DNA of 64,000 nt from Octopus vulgaris (Eukaryota), in assembly GCA_951406725.2 (NCBI GenBank), contig OX597823.1:26164001-26228000 (forward strand), in the 5' to 3' direction. Positions 12,895-25,261 of this stretch are shown piece after piece. Position numbers and translations under genes: made by a program. The notes under the pieces were generated by a model. It saw nothing but the letters and a program-made list of their open reading frames with translations, ran no database searches and was not told the origin of the DNA. Every line of letters starts with the position of its first letter. The first letter of the stretch is position 1.

Positions 12895-13694
12895 GGATCT
12901 TTTCCTTTTGAACGGCACTTTTCAACACAATTTCTAGTTAACTAAACACTTTTAAATTTCGTATACTGGTAGAATGTGCTTATAAAACATCATTTTTTCT
13001 TGGCTTTATTGAGAAAATTCTATATGTTGTAACATATTTCGTCTTTAATTTCGAGCATTTCGGCAATTTTAACCAATCGCTGACCTCCATTTAGGTAAAC
13101 AACATTCCGTGCTGTATGAATATGTCCCTCGTTTAAGAAACAGATTGGGTTTATTTACATTTGTGAAGAAAAAAGATACCCTTCCCCCACCCCTAACCCT
13201 AACTCCCCTAACTCTAAAATAGATTGAAAAGAATAGATCGATACTAGGGCCATAATTATGGGTGACATTTTCATTTGACACCGCTAGAAAAAAATCCCAT
13301 TTTCCGTAGCGGTGTCGTATGAAATTGTCACCCATAATTATAACCCTAGTATCGATCTATTGCATTTCAATCTATTTTAGATTTAGGGTTAGAGTTAGGG
13401 TTATGGTTAGGGTTAGGGGTGGGGGAAGGGTATCTTTTTTCTTCACAAATGTAAATAAACCCAATCTGTTTCTTAAACGAGGGGCATATTCATACAGTAC
13501 GGAGGTCAGCGATTGGTTAAAATTGCCGAAATGCTCGAAATTAAAGACGAAATATGTTACAACATATAGAATTTTCTCAATAAAACCAAGAAAAAATGAT
13601 GTTTTATAAACACATTCTACCAGTATACGAAGTTTAAGAGTGTTTAGTTAACTAGAAATTATGTTACAAAGTGTCGTTCAAAAGGAAAAGATCC
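12895..13694. mobile_element. 800-bp foldback MITE (Merlin-like) with telomeric repeats in both arms
   Basis: GGATCTTTTCCTTTTGAACG...CGTTCAAAAGGAAAAGATCC. Arms ~390 bp, spacer 20 nt (13287-13306), flanked by TTATTATT on both sides. Confidence 0.85.
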
Positions 13695-13699
<5 letters not shown>

Positions 13700-13732
<33 letters not shown>

Positions 13733-14203
13733 GAGTGAGAGAGCAGTTCATGCCATCAAAGTGACACTGGGGTAAAATATACGAAGCCCTATATACCCAT
13801 CATTACTACCCGTCTGATAAGGGTACTCCAGGCACATGCATCACAACCATATGTGCGCGACATGGTGATCTCATATCAAGATAAACAGCACATGACCTTG
13901 CAGGTGGGGCCCAGTTAGAATTTTCTTCAGGTTGAGTAGCCCATCCCGCTCAAAAGGTCCCTGAAGAAGGGTTGTTTAAGGATGTTGAAAGAACCACCCA
14001 TGTTTCCAGAGGTGAATTATTCAAACCCCAAAGAATCCCTCTCAACACATGGCTATGATGCTCCCCCACTACTTCTGCTCGTGATCAGAGATGCACATAT
14101 CGTCAACCACTAAGGGACATGGTCAACTGGTTAAGGTCAAACAACTGACAAGCAAATCTGTGGTATTGAGCAGAATATTTGCTGTAGCCCATCTTTTATA
14201 CCA
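13700..14203 (-). mobile_element. ~560-bp (AAT)n-tailed interspersed retro-element (family C)
   Basis: Reverse-complement match to 42445-43012; (AAT)n tail. Confidence 0.75.
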
Positions 14204-14259
14204 TGTTATTTGTAATTTAGGTATAAGGCTTGTAATTTAGGCTCAAGGCTTGCAATTTA

Positions 14260-14785
14260 GAAGAAAGGGTATAAGTTGATACCATCGACCTCACTATTGG
14301 TACTTTATTTTATCGACCTCAGGGAGTGGAGAGAAAAGTAATGTTGACTTTGGTGGGATTTGAACTCAGAATGTAATGGGCTGTGATGTATGACATTCCA
14401 ACGATTCTGCAAATCTACTGCCCTCTAATCTGCTATAATAAGTGCGGACAACTTTTCTTTCGAGAAGTGGGCCGCATGAGAAATGGTTCATTAGACGAAC
14501 TGCACTACTAAAAAAAAAAAAAAAATACAAAGCAATTTTTTGTTGGTGTGCAGTTCAGAAAGGCCCTTGGGCTGCAGTTTGTCCATGACTGGTTTATGAC
14601 ATAAGAATAAGGCAGCATATTTGGGTAGGAAGATTAGTCGTTTAAATTGCGCTTAGCGCTTTATCTTAGCGACCCCTGAATAATGAAAAGCAAAGTTGAC
14701 TGTGGCTGGGATTTGAACTCAGAACATAAAGAACCGTAATTTAATTCCGCAAGGCTTTTTGTCGAACGTTCTAACGATTCTGCTA
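14260..14785 (-). mobile_element. Two decayed SINE family B copies
   Basis: Two GTTGACT..G..GGGATTTGAACTCAGAA...AACGATTCTGC blocks (14260-14420, 14620-14785). Confidence 0.65.
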
Positions 14786-16299
14786 AATAATAAACTATCC
14801 GTCAACAAGTTAATCCAGCTGACCTACTTGTGCCTGAAAACCAGGATGAATTGATTTCCGTAATGTAAGCTAAACAACGAAACACTTGCATGACAGATTG
14901 TTGCAATGTGGTGCCAGATGAGACCGATACATGGAATATTCTATTCTGATGAATTAATGGCTTTCTTCCAAATTCTTCATCAGTTACACAAATATTCCAT
15001 TGTTCTACCTTAGAGAAGTTGTATGGATGTTAAACAACAATGATGATGACAACGACGACAAAAGTAACAACAAACAATAACAGCAGCAACAACGATGATA
15101 ACAGCATATAACAATAATAATGACGACAATTGCAACATATAACAATGACAAGATTTCAAGCCAAAGAAAGAGACTCTACGTAGTCGTTCAACCTGCTAGA
15201 AATAGCTGCCAAATCTTCCTTGTCTTAAAAAAAAAAAAGGATATTGGATAATGCAGTTATAGAAACATGCAGGAGGGAGAGAGAGAGTCATGACTGGAAT
15301 ACCTTTCATCATGGGCTCGTTGAGCCAAGGCTAAACAACAAAACAGAGACACTAGATATGACAGTATGTTAACACCAATGATAGGAATAGTCTGACAACT
15401 CACATGTAAGACGCTGTTGTATTCGTATTTAATAGAACATCCCCTTGAGGTATTCCCCACCCAACACTTTCATCACACACAATGGCCACTCTAAGATGTG
15501 CAAATATATGCATTGTAACCAACACACAAAAGGGAAAAGAACTGTAAGCAAGCATGTAATTACATCTGTTCAAAACACCGTTCTTAACGGGCTATATATA
15601 AACCTAGGGCTACATCTAAATCTTCTTCATAAAAAATACAAAGCAAATTTATAAAGAAAGAGATCATAAGTTTATCAGAAATTTATTAGGGGCATTTTGT
15701 TTTCACTTTTTGTTCACACACACACATAGACTCACGCATATTTTTTAACAAAATATTGAAGGGAACGTCGATAATTTTGCAAGGCAACAGATACCTAACA
15801 TATATAAATAATTAAATATATAAATAATTTGGCAATTGAACAGTGGAGAATAGATATTAATGGAATGCAATACACCAACTAACCACAATGTTGGGTTACA
15901 GATAGATCCTTGAAGTTATTTATTGGTTAATATTCTCTTCAGCATTGATACAAAGTAGATCAGCAGAAATACAATAGACCAAATGACTACCATTTTTGTA
16001 GAGAGCGATTATTGAATGAATCTATCTAATGGACAAGTTGGGCAGCAAATGATTTTGTGTTATTGCTGACCAAATTATATTGTCTGATTCAAATACATAG
16101 ATTTTTGGGCATTTTGATCATATCTGTTATCTACATAGATTTTCCACGAATGATTTATTTGGTGCATGTAAACATTCCTAGCCTTAGTGCAGCAATGCAA
16201 ACATTCCTAGACTGATGCAGTGATGATTGTTTTGAGTTAATATAAAGGTTAATGAGAGCATGTGACCAGCAACTAGATTCATCATAACTTGGCTTTGTG

Positions 16300-17400
16300 A
16301 ATGAAGCTTCATAAAATGACATGTCCAATCAACTGCAGGCTTGCTGGTGGTGAATGAAGCTTTCTAGGACAGGTAGGTTTAGACACAGTAACTGCAAGGG
16401 AAATTTTATTCTGGGTTCAGTGTTGTTGAATCACAGTTCTTCCACAATCTCTTTTTGTCCTCAAGGTCAGCCCTGCACATTCTCGAATGGTGAAACAGAC
16501 TTTTGAATGTTGTGTCACTAGGCAATGTAATTAGATGCTACAATAGATGACTAGTGATGGTCAATAGGACAAAAAATAAGGCATAGCTTCAAAGTCCTGG
16601 TACTTACTCTTTGGTGCCCATCTGTCATGGTGGCCAAAGAGAATTTGCCACAGTTTTGAATAAATGATGCTTTGCCCAACACTGGTATGGTTTTGATGCT
16701 AGTAACTTCTGCTAGTTTTTAGGACTTTCTTGTTGGAAATAAGTCACTCCAGTGTGTGTTGGGGATGGTGTGCAGGCAGTAATGGTGAAAATGCTCAAGA
16801 AATTATAGGTGATGGTAGTAGGTAACTCATAATTCAGATGGTAGTCAGTATAATGGCCCTATACATGATGATCTTTTTTATCTTGCCTCAGATTCTTGCT
16901 GCCCGAGATTCTTTTGCACGATCTGCAAATACAGTGTTTGCCTTTGCCTGTCTGTTGTTAACTTTCCTGTTTGCCTTTGCATGTCTGTTGTTAATTTCCT
17001 TGTTGGTTTCAATATCTGATGAAATGATGCATCAATGCTATTGAACTAATGGACTGTCTTCAGCTCTGTCTCACCAATGGTGCTGCAGAGAGGATAGAAA
17101 TCTTCCTGGGATTTTGAAGAACATTTTTTTTTCCAGGTTGATTTCTGATCCAAAGTACTTGAGAGTTCCTTCAAAACAGAATATATGTTGCAGGTGGTGA
17201 ATTTATGTGAGCATCATCATTGAAGAGAAAAGCCCAGATGAGTTGCTCTAGCATCTTAATGTAGAACTGTAGTTATCTCAAGTTGAACAAGTGTTACCAG
17301 TGTGATATTAGATGTAATAACCATTTTCTTCATTGAGCTCCTCTGTGTCCTTTATGAGCTTCACATAGTACAATAATCTGAATGCCAGTTGAATCTATTT
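16300..17400 (-). mobile_element. RTE (BovB-like) LINE RT C-terminal remnant
   Basis: Minus-strand translation AKANTVF...KIIMYRAIILTTI...LEHFHHYCLHTIPNTHWSD, with many frameshifts. Confidence 0.6.
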
Positions 17401-18669
17401 GGATGACCACATTGCTACTTTTTGGTGGTAATCAAGAAAAGGGAAAAGATAAACAAATTTACCTCTTCCTGATAGTTATGGCAAAGGTTGAAAGGACACA
17501 GAAGATATAGGTGTTTCTCTGACTGGAACAATATTTTCATCACATGCTTCAAATACCATTTCAAGTAAACAGTAATGGTTGAGATATCCTGTATTTAGGT
17601 AATTTTCATGGGACACAGGTGGAATTTGTTGATTTAATTCCCTGACTTGCTTGTAGAGTGGATTATGGAAAGAATTTCTGTAAGCTGATGAGAGATATTG
17701 AGATTTGAGATGCCTTAATCTTCTTTAGGTAATGTATGTCTTTTGCAAAGGTCTTACAACATGATAGGTTCAAAGGTTGTGTAGCAGTAGTAACCTTTAT
17801 TAAGTGACATACAATATGAAGCCACTCATCAGACACTTCTCCTTACACTCTGAGGCTATCAGTCTTGTTCAGGGATAGACCTAGATCCCTGGTTTAATAG
17901 TAAGACCAGGAGGAAAATCTGGGTAGATTTGAGAGATGGTGGTGGGGATGCATACTTCATAAAAATAGCTGAAGTCCCCAATGATAAACCTATGATCTCA
18001 ATAGCTGAAGTGGTGGAACAGGGAAATGCTAGATAGACTGGTTAATAAGACCTTGACTGATGAAGATTCATTGCCTGATCCTGCATATCACATTTCAGAT
18101 GTGCCACAGAAAATGCCTTCGAGACCACAATGCCTGACATGTTGGAATTCACCTTTATCAAGAAACATGCCACTAGTATTCCTTCATTGAAGAATTACAA
18201 CAGAAAAAGAAATACTCAGACACAAGGAGGAGCTGTTGCTGATGATAACATGATAAGGCCATGTAACCCTATTTTTGTGATCCAAAAATGTTATATTTGA
18301 TCTCCTCAAAGCCCATCTGCTCAGAATTAACTGTTTTGGACATAGAATGTTGTAAACTAAGAAGAAAGTCCCCACTTTCCCAACTAACTGTTCATTGTTT
18401 GTTTTATTATGGGAAATTAATTTTAAGTCCAAATCAAAAAGAACACTACGTCCAAAATTTCCTAAATTAATGAAGATCTAAGATTAACGAAGTTGTTGAC
18501 CTTGCCAAGAATAGAGACTAATGGTGAAAGTGTTATGCATATAGTATTTATTACATTGTTGGCTTGGCTACCCTTTATAGAAACAGAAAAGGATGCTGAA
18601 GAAGGAAAAGTGTCTTTGAATGGTTGTCTCTCATCATTTTAAAGCATTTATTTTTTCTATTTCAAATAA

Positions 18670-18855
18670 TGTATAATATAAGAAAAGACGAAGGCAGGTG
18701 AGGGAACAACACACAGGTGTATTACTTTGATGCTCAGGAATAATAGAAAAGTCTTTGATCCTTCAAGCTTATGTTCTTCGACAGAAAGGATTGAGAGGAA
18801 AAAAATGGAGGGAGAATGAAAACAAACGGACAGAGAAAAAATGTGTAGAGAATAA
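18670..18855 (-). mobile_element. Penelope-like terminal repeat fragment (same family as 27482-27666)
   Basis: Reverse-complement homology including CTTTCTGTCGAAGAACATAAGCTTGAA...AAAGACTTTTCTATT..CCTGAG. Confidence 0.55.
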
Positions 18856-18934
18856 TGGTTCAACATGATGAAATGTATGATATATATATATACAATTGTA
18901 TGTTTATATGTTGTATATATTATATGTATAGTGT

Positions 18935-19155
18935 ATACAGATTACAAGATTGTGGGTTCGATTCCCAGACTGGGCTTTGCATTGTGTTCTTAAGCAAAGC
19001 ACTTCATTTCACGTTGCTCTGCGATCATTTCATCACCTGACATGTGACACACGGTGCACCTGTACAGGTAATGTTGAGTTGATGGAGAGGTGGTTGTTTG
19101 GCAAGAAATTGCCAAACTCTCATACATTGTCTAACAACAGGAAAGTCCATGATAT
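18935..19155 (+). mobile_element. CORE-type SINE (family D), decayed
   Basis: B-box GGTTCGATTCCC followed by GTGTTCTTAAGCAAAGCACTT..TTTCACGTTGCTC, shared with 48376-48637. Confidence 0.6.
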
Positions 19156-19519
19156 ATAATAAGAGAAAAGAAAATGGACATAACTTTTATTTATAACCAT
19201 TTTATTTATTTATAACCATTTCTTTCCATTGTTACATATGTTTCAGTATTTGGTAACAGATGACATCACACTACAGATGCAACTAGTAGGTGCAGCTTAT
19301 ATGGCAAGCATGGAATAAACACATCACCAGGCAATCGATAAAGAAATAAAAGTTAGAGACAAAGAGTAACCAAATCTATACACATTGGAAGCACCTGCTA
19401 GAAGGGAGGGAGTGGAGGAGGTAAGAAGGTAAGCTGACCGACATAATTGCAGTGCGGACTGGTGTTTCTAAGAGTGGAATTAGTCACTGAGTAAGAAATG
19501 GGCCTACAATTGCATTTAC

Positions 19520-19724
19520 TTGACTCTTTTACTTGTTTCAGTCATTTGACTGTGGCCATGCTGGAGCATCACCTTTAGTCGAGCAAATTGACCCCAGGAC
19601 TTATTCTTTGCAAGCCTAGTACTTATGTTATTGTTCTCTTTCGCTGAACTGCTAAGTTACGGGGACATAAACACACCAGCATCAGTCGTCAAGCGATGTT
19701 GGGGGGACAAACACAGACACACAA

Positions 19725-19787
<63 letters not shown>

Positions 19788-19938
19788 TACGATGGCCTTC
19801 TTTCAGTTTCCGTCTGCCAAATCCACTCACCGAGGCTATAGTAGAAGACACTTGCCCAAGGTGCCATGCAGTGGGACTGAACCCGGAACCATGTGGTTGG
19901 TAAGCAAGCTACTTACCACACAGCCACTTCTACACCTA
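19520..19938 (-). mobile_element. SINE family A, near full length
   Basis: tRNA-like head (TGGCTGTGTGGTAAG...GGTTCAGTCCC), CORE-like GCACCTTGGGCAAGTGTCTT, internal (TA)/(TG) tract and LINE-derived tail. Confidence 0.9.
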
Positions 19939-20983
19939 TGACTGTATAAAAGGGGAGGAGGGAGAACACAGAGATAGCAGCTAGCAAGATAAAGTGGTAC
20001 AATAAAACTTCTAAATTATTGATTATTTTCAAAATTAATTGAAACATATAGACAAAATAATACATTAGAAATATGGTTACAAAATAGAAACTTTTGGAAT
20101 CATTCATAAGGACAGATTGACACCTGGATTACCTAATTGGAACTTCAGAGGACCTCTAATGATAAATTGTTGATAAGTAGAATCCGGCCAAACAGGTACA
20201 AAGAAAAAAATACACAGGAAAAAAAAACAACATCATTTTTATAACTTCTTTGATAGGATGAAACAAGTGATGTACATACTTTTCCCTTCACTTTTATCTC
20301 CTTGTTGTCATTCTTGTCAGATTGCTATGGCCCAAATCAGTATATATTTGGAGGTTGGACACTGCATCTCACGTGTTTTGTTTTGGGCTTGGTTTCTATG
20401 GCTGGATACCCTGCCTAACACCGACCACATTAAAGAGTGTATTGACTGCTTGTCCTTTCCAACCACTCCTACAGGCCCCTTCTATTACTATCCATCAATT
20501 GTCTCTTCAACCATTATTCATCCCAATCACTCTGTTTCTACTGTCACACTTCTTTTCTCCTCCAAAACACACCTTGGTTTTGTTGTCATCAGTGTCTCTT
20601 CTATTCACTTCCTCAACCACATAGATCTAAGTGAACAAACATGTTATGAGTATTGAGGACTCTCTAATTTTGCTGGATACAAGGACACCCCACCTCTCCA
20701 CTCCTAGTGTTTGCACTGCTAGGATTCTACAGAGGACACTGTATAAAGTGAGTGGTGAGCAAGTGAAGATGTAGGATTGAGAGAATCCTTTAGTCCTGTT
20801 GAGGACATGGCAAACTCTCTAGGACTAGTGCCATGGACCTAGGATTTTCTGGAAATAGTTGGTAGCAGGAAGCCAAAAATGAAATGCACAAGTAAGACAT
20901 ACTCTTCCAAACTGCTTGGGAGGGCAAAAAGTTTAGGAAAAACCCAGTCCAGTATTTATCTGAAGGGCCATATGTGTGTATAT

Positions 20984-21030
<47 letters not shown>

Positions 21031-21087
21031 CATACATATATATATAGTTAATCCAAACATGAAAACACAAAGAGAAAACACAACGCT

Positions 21088-21942
21088 TTGTGCTATCAGC
21101 ATGCAAAACTAAATGCAATACCCAATAAATACACTGGACCTGGAGGGATTGCAATCCCAGAAGCACAATCAGTGCAAGACCTGGGCATTTACATGAGTAA
21201 TGATTCAACCTTTCATGTGCATGTTGCTAAATTGGCAATGAAATGTAGGCAGCTGACCAGATGGATTCTTAGAACCTTTAGGACAAGAGACCAGGAAACC
21301 ATGATGATCCTCTGGAGGACATGTGTCCTAAGCCACTTTGACTATTGCTCTCAGCTATGGTCACCAATCAGTGTCAAATTAATCTCAGAACTTGAGGCAA
21401 TCCAACGAAGCTACACGAAGAAGATAGCCTCAATGCAGCATATAAGCTATTGGGAAAGACTCAAAAGATTAAGACTCTATTCTTTAGAGCGTAGGTGAGA
21501 AAGATATGCCTAATATACATCTGGAAGATCCTGGAAGGACTTGTCCCTAACTTTGGCATTGAGAGTTACACAAATACTAGAACTGGGTGCCACTGCATAG
21601 TGCCAAGGACTCCAAATTTGCCATCAAGATGTAGGACAAGATACTGCAATAACCTGGGCTTCAGAGGTCCATGGCTCTTCAATATCCTGCTGAAGGACCT
21701 GAGAGACCTGCATGGGGTGGATGCAGATGTCTTTAAAATAAAGCTGGACCTCTTCCTGTCAGGTGTCCCAGATGAACCAACTTCATGGCAGGAGGTGCAG
21801 ATGAGAGCAGCTGCATCAAACTCTCTCATGCACCAAATGTCAATTGTTAAAAAGCATTCGTGAAGTAAAATCATGTAGCAACACCGAATGGCAGTGCCCC
21901 AGCATGGCCACAGCTCGTGAGCTGAAACTAGATAAAAAAAAA
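21088..21942 (+). mobile_element. CR1-clade LINE, 5'-truncated 3' end
   Basis: ORFs 21088-21498 and 21495-21863: QDLGI...WILRTF...LSHFDYCSQLWSP...LEAIQR...YWERLKRLRLYSLERR...IYIWKILEG. Followed by short 3' UTR and A-rich tail. Confidence 0.93.
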
Positions 21943-22034
21943 TAATAATATTTTATATATATACATGCATGAGTTGTCTAAGAGACCATAAGTCAGGGAA
22001 AAGATGCACACGTATATCTCTCAGTAGAGTGGGT

Positions 22035-22416
22035 ATATTATCAGAAATGTATAGTATTAAATGTCCAACACAGCTGGTCTTACCACTTGGTTTCGCGTAA
22101 ATAATACAATGGAGTGTTAGGTAAGTACCAATTATATAACTTTATGCTTGTCAGAGTTAGCTGATATGGAAGGGAATATGGTGACTGTTCTCTATTGTTG
22201 GAGAAGGATTAGCACAACCAGTTAGCCACTGACCGGTTGTTTTAATTGACCCCTGGTAATAGAGAACAGTCACCATATTCCCTTCCATATCAGCTACCTC
22301 TGATGAGCATAAAGTTATATAATTGGTTTGTTACCCAACACTTCATTGTATTCTTTACTCAAAACCAATTGGTAGGACCAGTCATAATGGATATTTAATT
22401 CTATACATTTCTGATA

Positions 22417-22420
<4 letters not shown>
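22035..22420. repeat. Inverted repeat (~160-bp arms) of a Penelope-like terminal repeat
   Basis: 22035-22196 is the reverse complement of 22258-22420. Confidence 0.9.
22294..22375 (+). ncRNA. Degenerate hammerhead ribozyme motif
   Basis: CTACCT-CTGATGA-GCATAAAG...CTTTACTC-AAAAC-CAATT-GGTAG. The opposite arm retains TTTACGC-GAAAC. Confidence 0.55.
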
Positions 22421-22463
<43 letters not shown>

Positions 22464-22465
<2 letters not shown>

Positions 22466-22514
22466 AAACTTACTTGGAAGAGGATGCATGGCATTCAATC
22501 ATATAATAATATAA

Positions 22515-22555
<41 letters not shown>

Positions 22556-22878
22556 TCGGTGGCACGTAAAAAGCACCATCCGTCCGTGGTCGTTTGCCAG
22601 CCCCGTCTGGCACCTGTGCGGGTGGCACATAAAAAGCACCCACTACACTCACGGAGTGGTTGGTGTTAGGAAGGGCATCCAGCCGTAGAAACACTGCCAG
22701 ATCAGACTGGTCCTGATGCAGCCTTCTGGCTTCCCAGACCCCAGTTGAACCGTCCAACCCATGCTAGCATGGAAAACGGACGCTAAATGATGATGATGAT
22801 GATATATACATATGTAAATGTCGATACTTACATCTATACATGCATTTATATATATATGTATATATATGTATATGTATA

Positions 22879-22910
<32 letters not shown>

Positions 22911-23612
22911 GAGATATATATATATAATATATATATATGCATATGTGTGCACAGGAGGTCATGAAACATGTACAACAAAAAAGTACGAAGCACGAATACA
23001 TGGAACATGAACTATTCTTTCAAACAATGAAAGACATAAATAGAAAACAAAACAAGTAACATAAAGAACGACCCTTCATCATTTGTTGGCTGTCTTTCTA
23101 GTCTCGTATTTCGACCATTTAACAATAATATACGCTTTTGATAAAGCAGTTGCTCCCGCAAAGTAAATTAAATAAAATTTGGGATTGCGGAGGTAACACA
23201 AACAGGATAGTGAAAACAAATAGGAAGGGCTGCTAAGCCTAAATGAGCTTGTGGTGGCAAACGCGTAAATCAAGCTAAGACTAGAGACAAACAACAACAC
23301 GTCTTCCTTGTTCCAGCTACAACGGAAAGAAAGAAAGAAAGATGGCCAATGGTCATGTGAGCAAGGGAGGAGGAGTAAGGGAGAGAGAATGACAGAGTAA
23401 TAGGATAGAATAGTGGGAGAAGAGGAGGTAAAAGAATAAGAGAGAGAAAAGAGTAAAAAGATCGTATAGAGTGCGCATCAGAATTATTAAGATAAAACTT
23501 ACTTGGAAGAGGATGTGTGGCATTCAATCATATAATAATATTGATAAAATATATAATATATATATGCATATATACATACGTCTATGTGCATACTTACATC
23601 TATGTATATATT

Positions 23613-23645
<33 letters not shown>

Positions 23646-23789
23646 ATGTGGGCACAGGACGTCATGAAATGTGTACAACAAAAAAGTATGAAGCACGAGT
23701 ACATGGAACATAAACTATTCTTTTGAACAACAAAAGACACAAATAGAAAACAAAACAAACAACATAAAGAACGACCCTCATTAATTGTT

Positions 23790-23790
<1 letters not shown>
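22464..23790 (-). mobile_element. Partially tandem ~700-bp repeat (Penelope-like arrangement), interrupted by an RTE tail at 22557-22803
   Basis: 22464-22515 repeats at 23493-23545; 22940-23090 repeats at 23640-23790. A related copy lies at 50130-50718. Confidence 0.6.
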
Positions 23791-23853
<63 letters not shown>

Positions 23854-23946
23854 CTGGCTTCTTTCAGTTTCCGCCTATCAGTTCTACTTACAAGGCTTTG
23901 GTTGGCGAGAAGAAATTATAGAAAAAGACACTTGCCCAAGGTGCCA

Positions 23947-23988
<42 letters not shown>

Positions 23989-24066
23989 ATAAATATTAGG
24001 GAATAAATCCAAATTTACAGGGAAAAATCAGATTTAGGATTGAATCCAATTTTATAGTAAAATATA

Positions 24067-24275
24067 ATATAATATTAATTAAAGACAAAACCACTATTAT
24101 GCAAATCAAACAAAGAAAGACTTAATCCAATACATAAAAAATTTTATATAAATTAAATATAATTAAGATATCCACTTAATTATATTTAATTTATATAAAA
24201 TTTTTTATGTATTGGATTAAGTCTTTCTTTGTTTGATTTGCATAATAGTGGTTTTGTCTCTAATTAATATTATAT
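24067..24275. repeat. Near-perfect hairpin, ~100-bp arms, 7-nt loop
   Basis: ...AAATATAATTAAG atatcca CTTAATTATATTT...; one mismatch seen; embedded in (TA)n. Confidence 0.95.
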
Positions 24276-24304
24276 ATATATATATATATATACATACATA
24301 CATA

Positions 24305-24357
<53 letters not shown>

Positions 24358-25162
24358 ATTCCTCACCATCCAGGTGACAGGCACAACAGTAAGATGCATT
24401 ACAAATCTATAGTAATTGGAAGGGCGTGACCCAACTGAAATAAACATTAACAACTGTGTAACGTGAGGGCTAAGGAGAAATGAAAGTGTCATCTCTGGAG
24501 TTTGCAAATGACCACTATACTGATACGTAACTGGACAGAATAAATTTACAATCTATAAATGTCTTTGAATAACCAGTCACTCATCTGGAAAGGCCTTGAA
24601 ATCAATGTTACCATCTGGGGACTATGTGTGACCCAGTGATAATAAAAAGACTGAAAGGAGGTTTGCAATCAAATAACTTTACTCAACACTTTGCAATTGA
24701 ATCAGTGGAGGCAAAGATACCTCTCATTTACTGAACAATTTATGCACCACATTGCAGAAATCACAATGTAAGTGTATCTCAAAGCAAACTGTTACACTGT
24801 TGTACCATTGAATTACAAATAATGCTCATCTTTTATGCTTGAGTAACCATACAGCTTCCAAGATCAAAACTGTATTCGTTTTTGCTTAGATAAAATGACA
24901 ACATTGTGGGTGTTGAGTCCCCATGGAGGGGTCTTTCTAACTTGTAAGATGATGAAATTTTATAAATATTATTTCATTTGTGTCTAATATCTATGGTAAA
25001 AATTTCATCAACAGCAAAAATATATGAATTGTCATTGGGGTTATGGCCCTTATGCATAGAATATAATTTCCAAATTTCATAAAGATTTATTCAGTACTTT
25101 TGACCTAGTTTTGGATCATAAAAGAAAAGGCTAAAATTTGGGTGTTAAGGCCTCCATTAGGG

Positions 25163-25219
<57 letters not shown>

Positions 25220-25261
25220 TAGATAGATAGATATAGATATACACACACATACACATTCAAG

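Noticed and set aside
11975-13420. TTAGGG arrays as a true telomere or chromosome fusion site
   Set aside because: Short, degenerate and enclosed within TIR/TSD-bounded elements.
17480-18180. Possible further LINE RT remnant
   Set aside because: Too decayed to assign by eye; only a vague SKAF-like motif.
19860-19938. tRNA gene-like sequence (also other SINE heads and 5285-5350)
   Set aside because: A/B boxes only; no complete cloverleaf, and continuous with SINE bodies.
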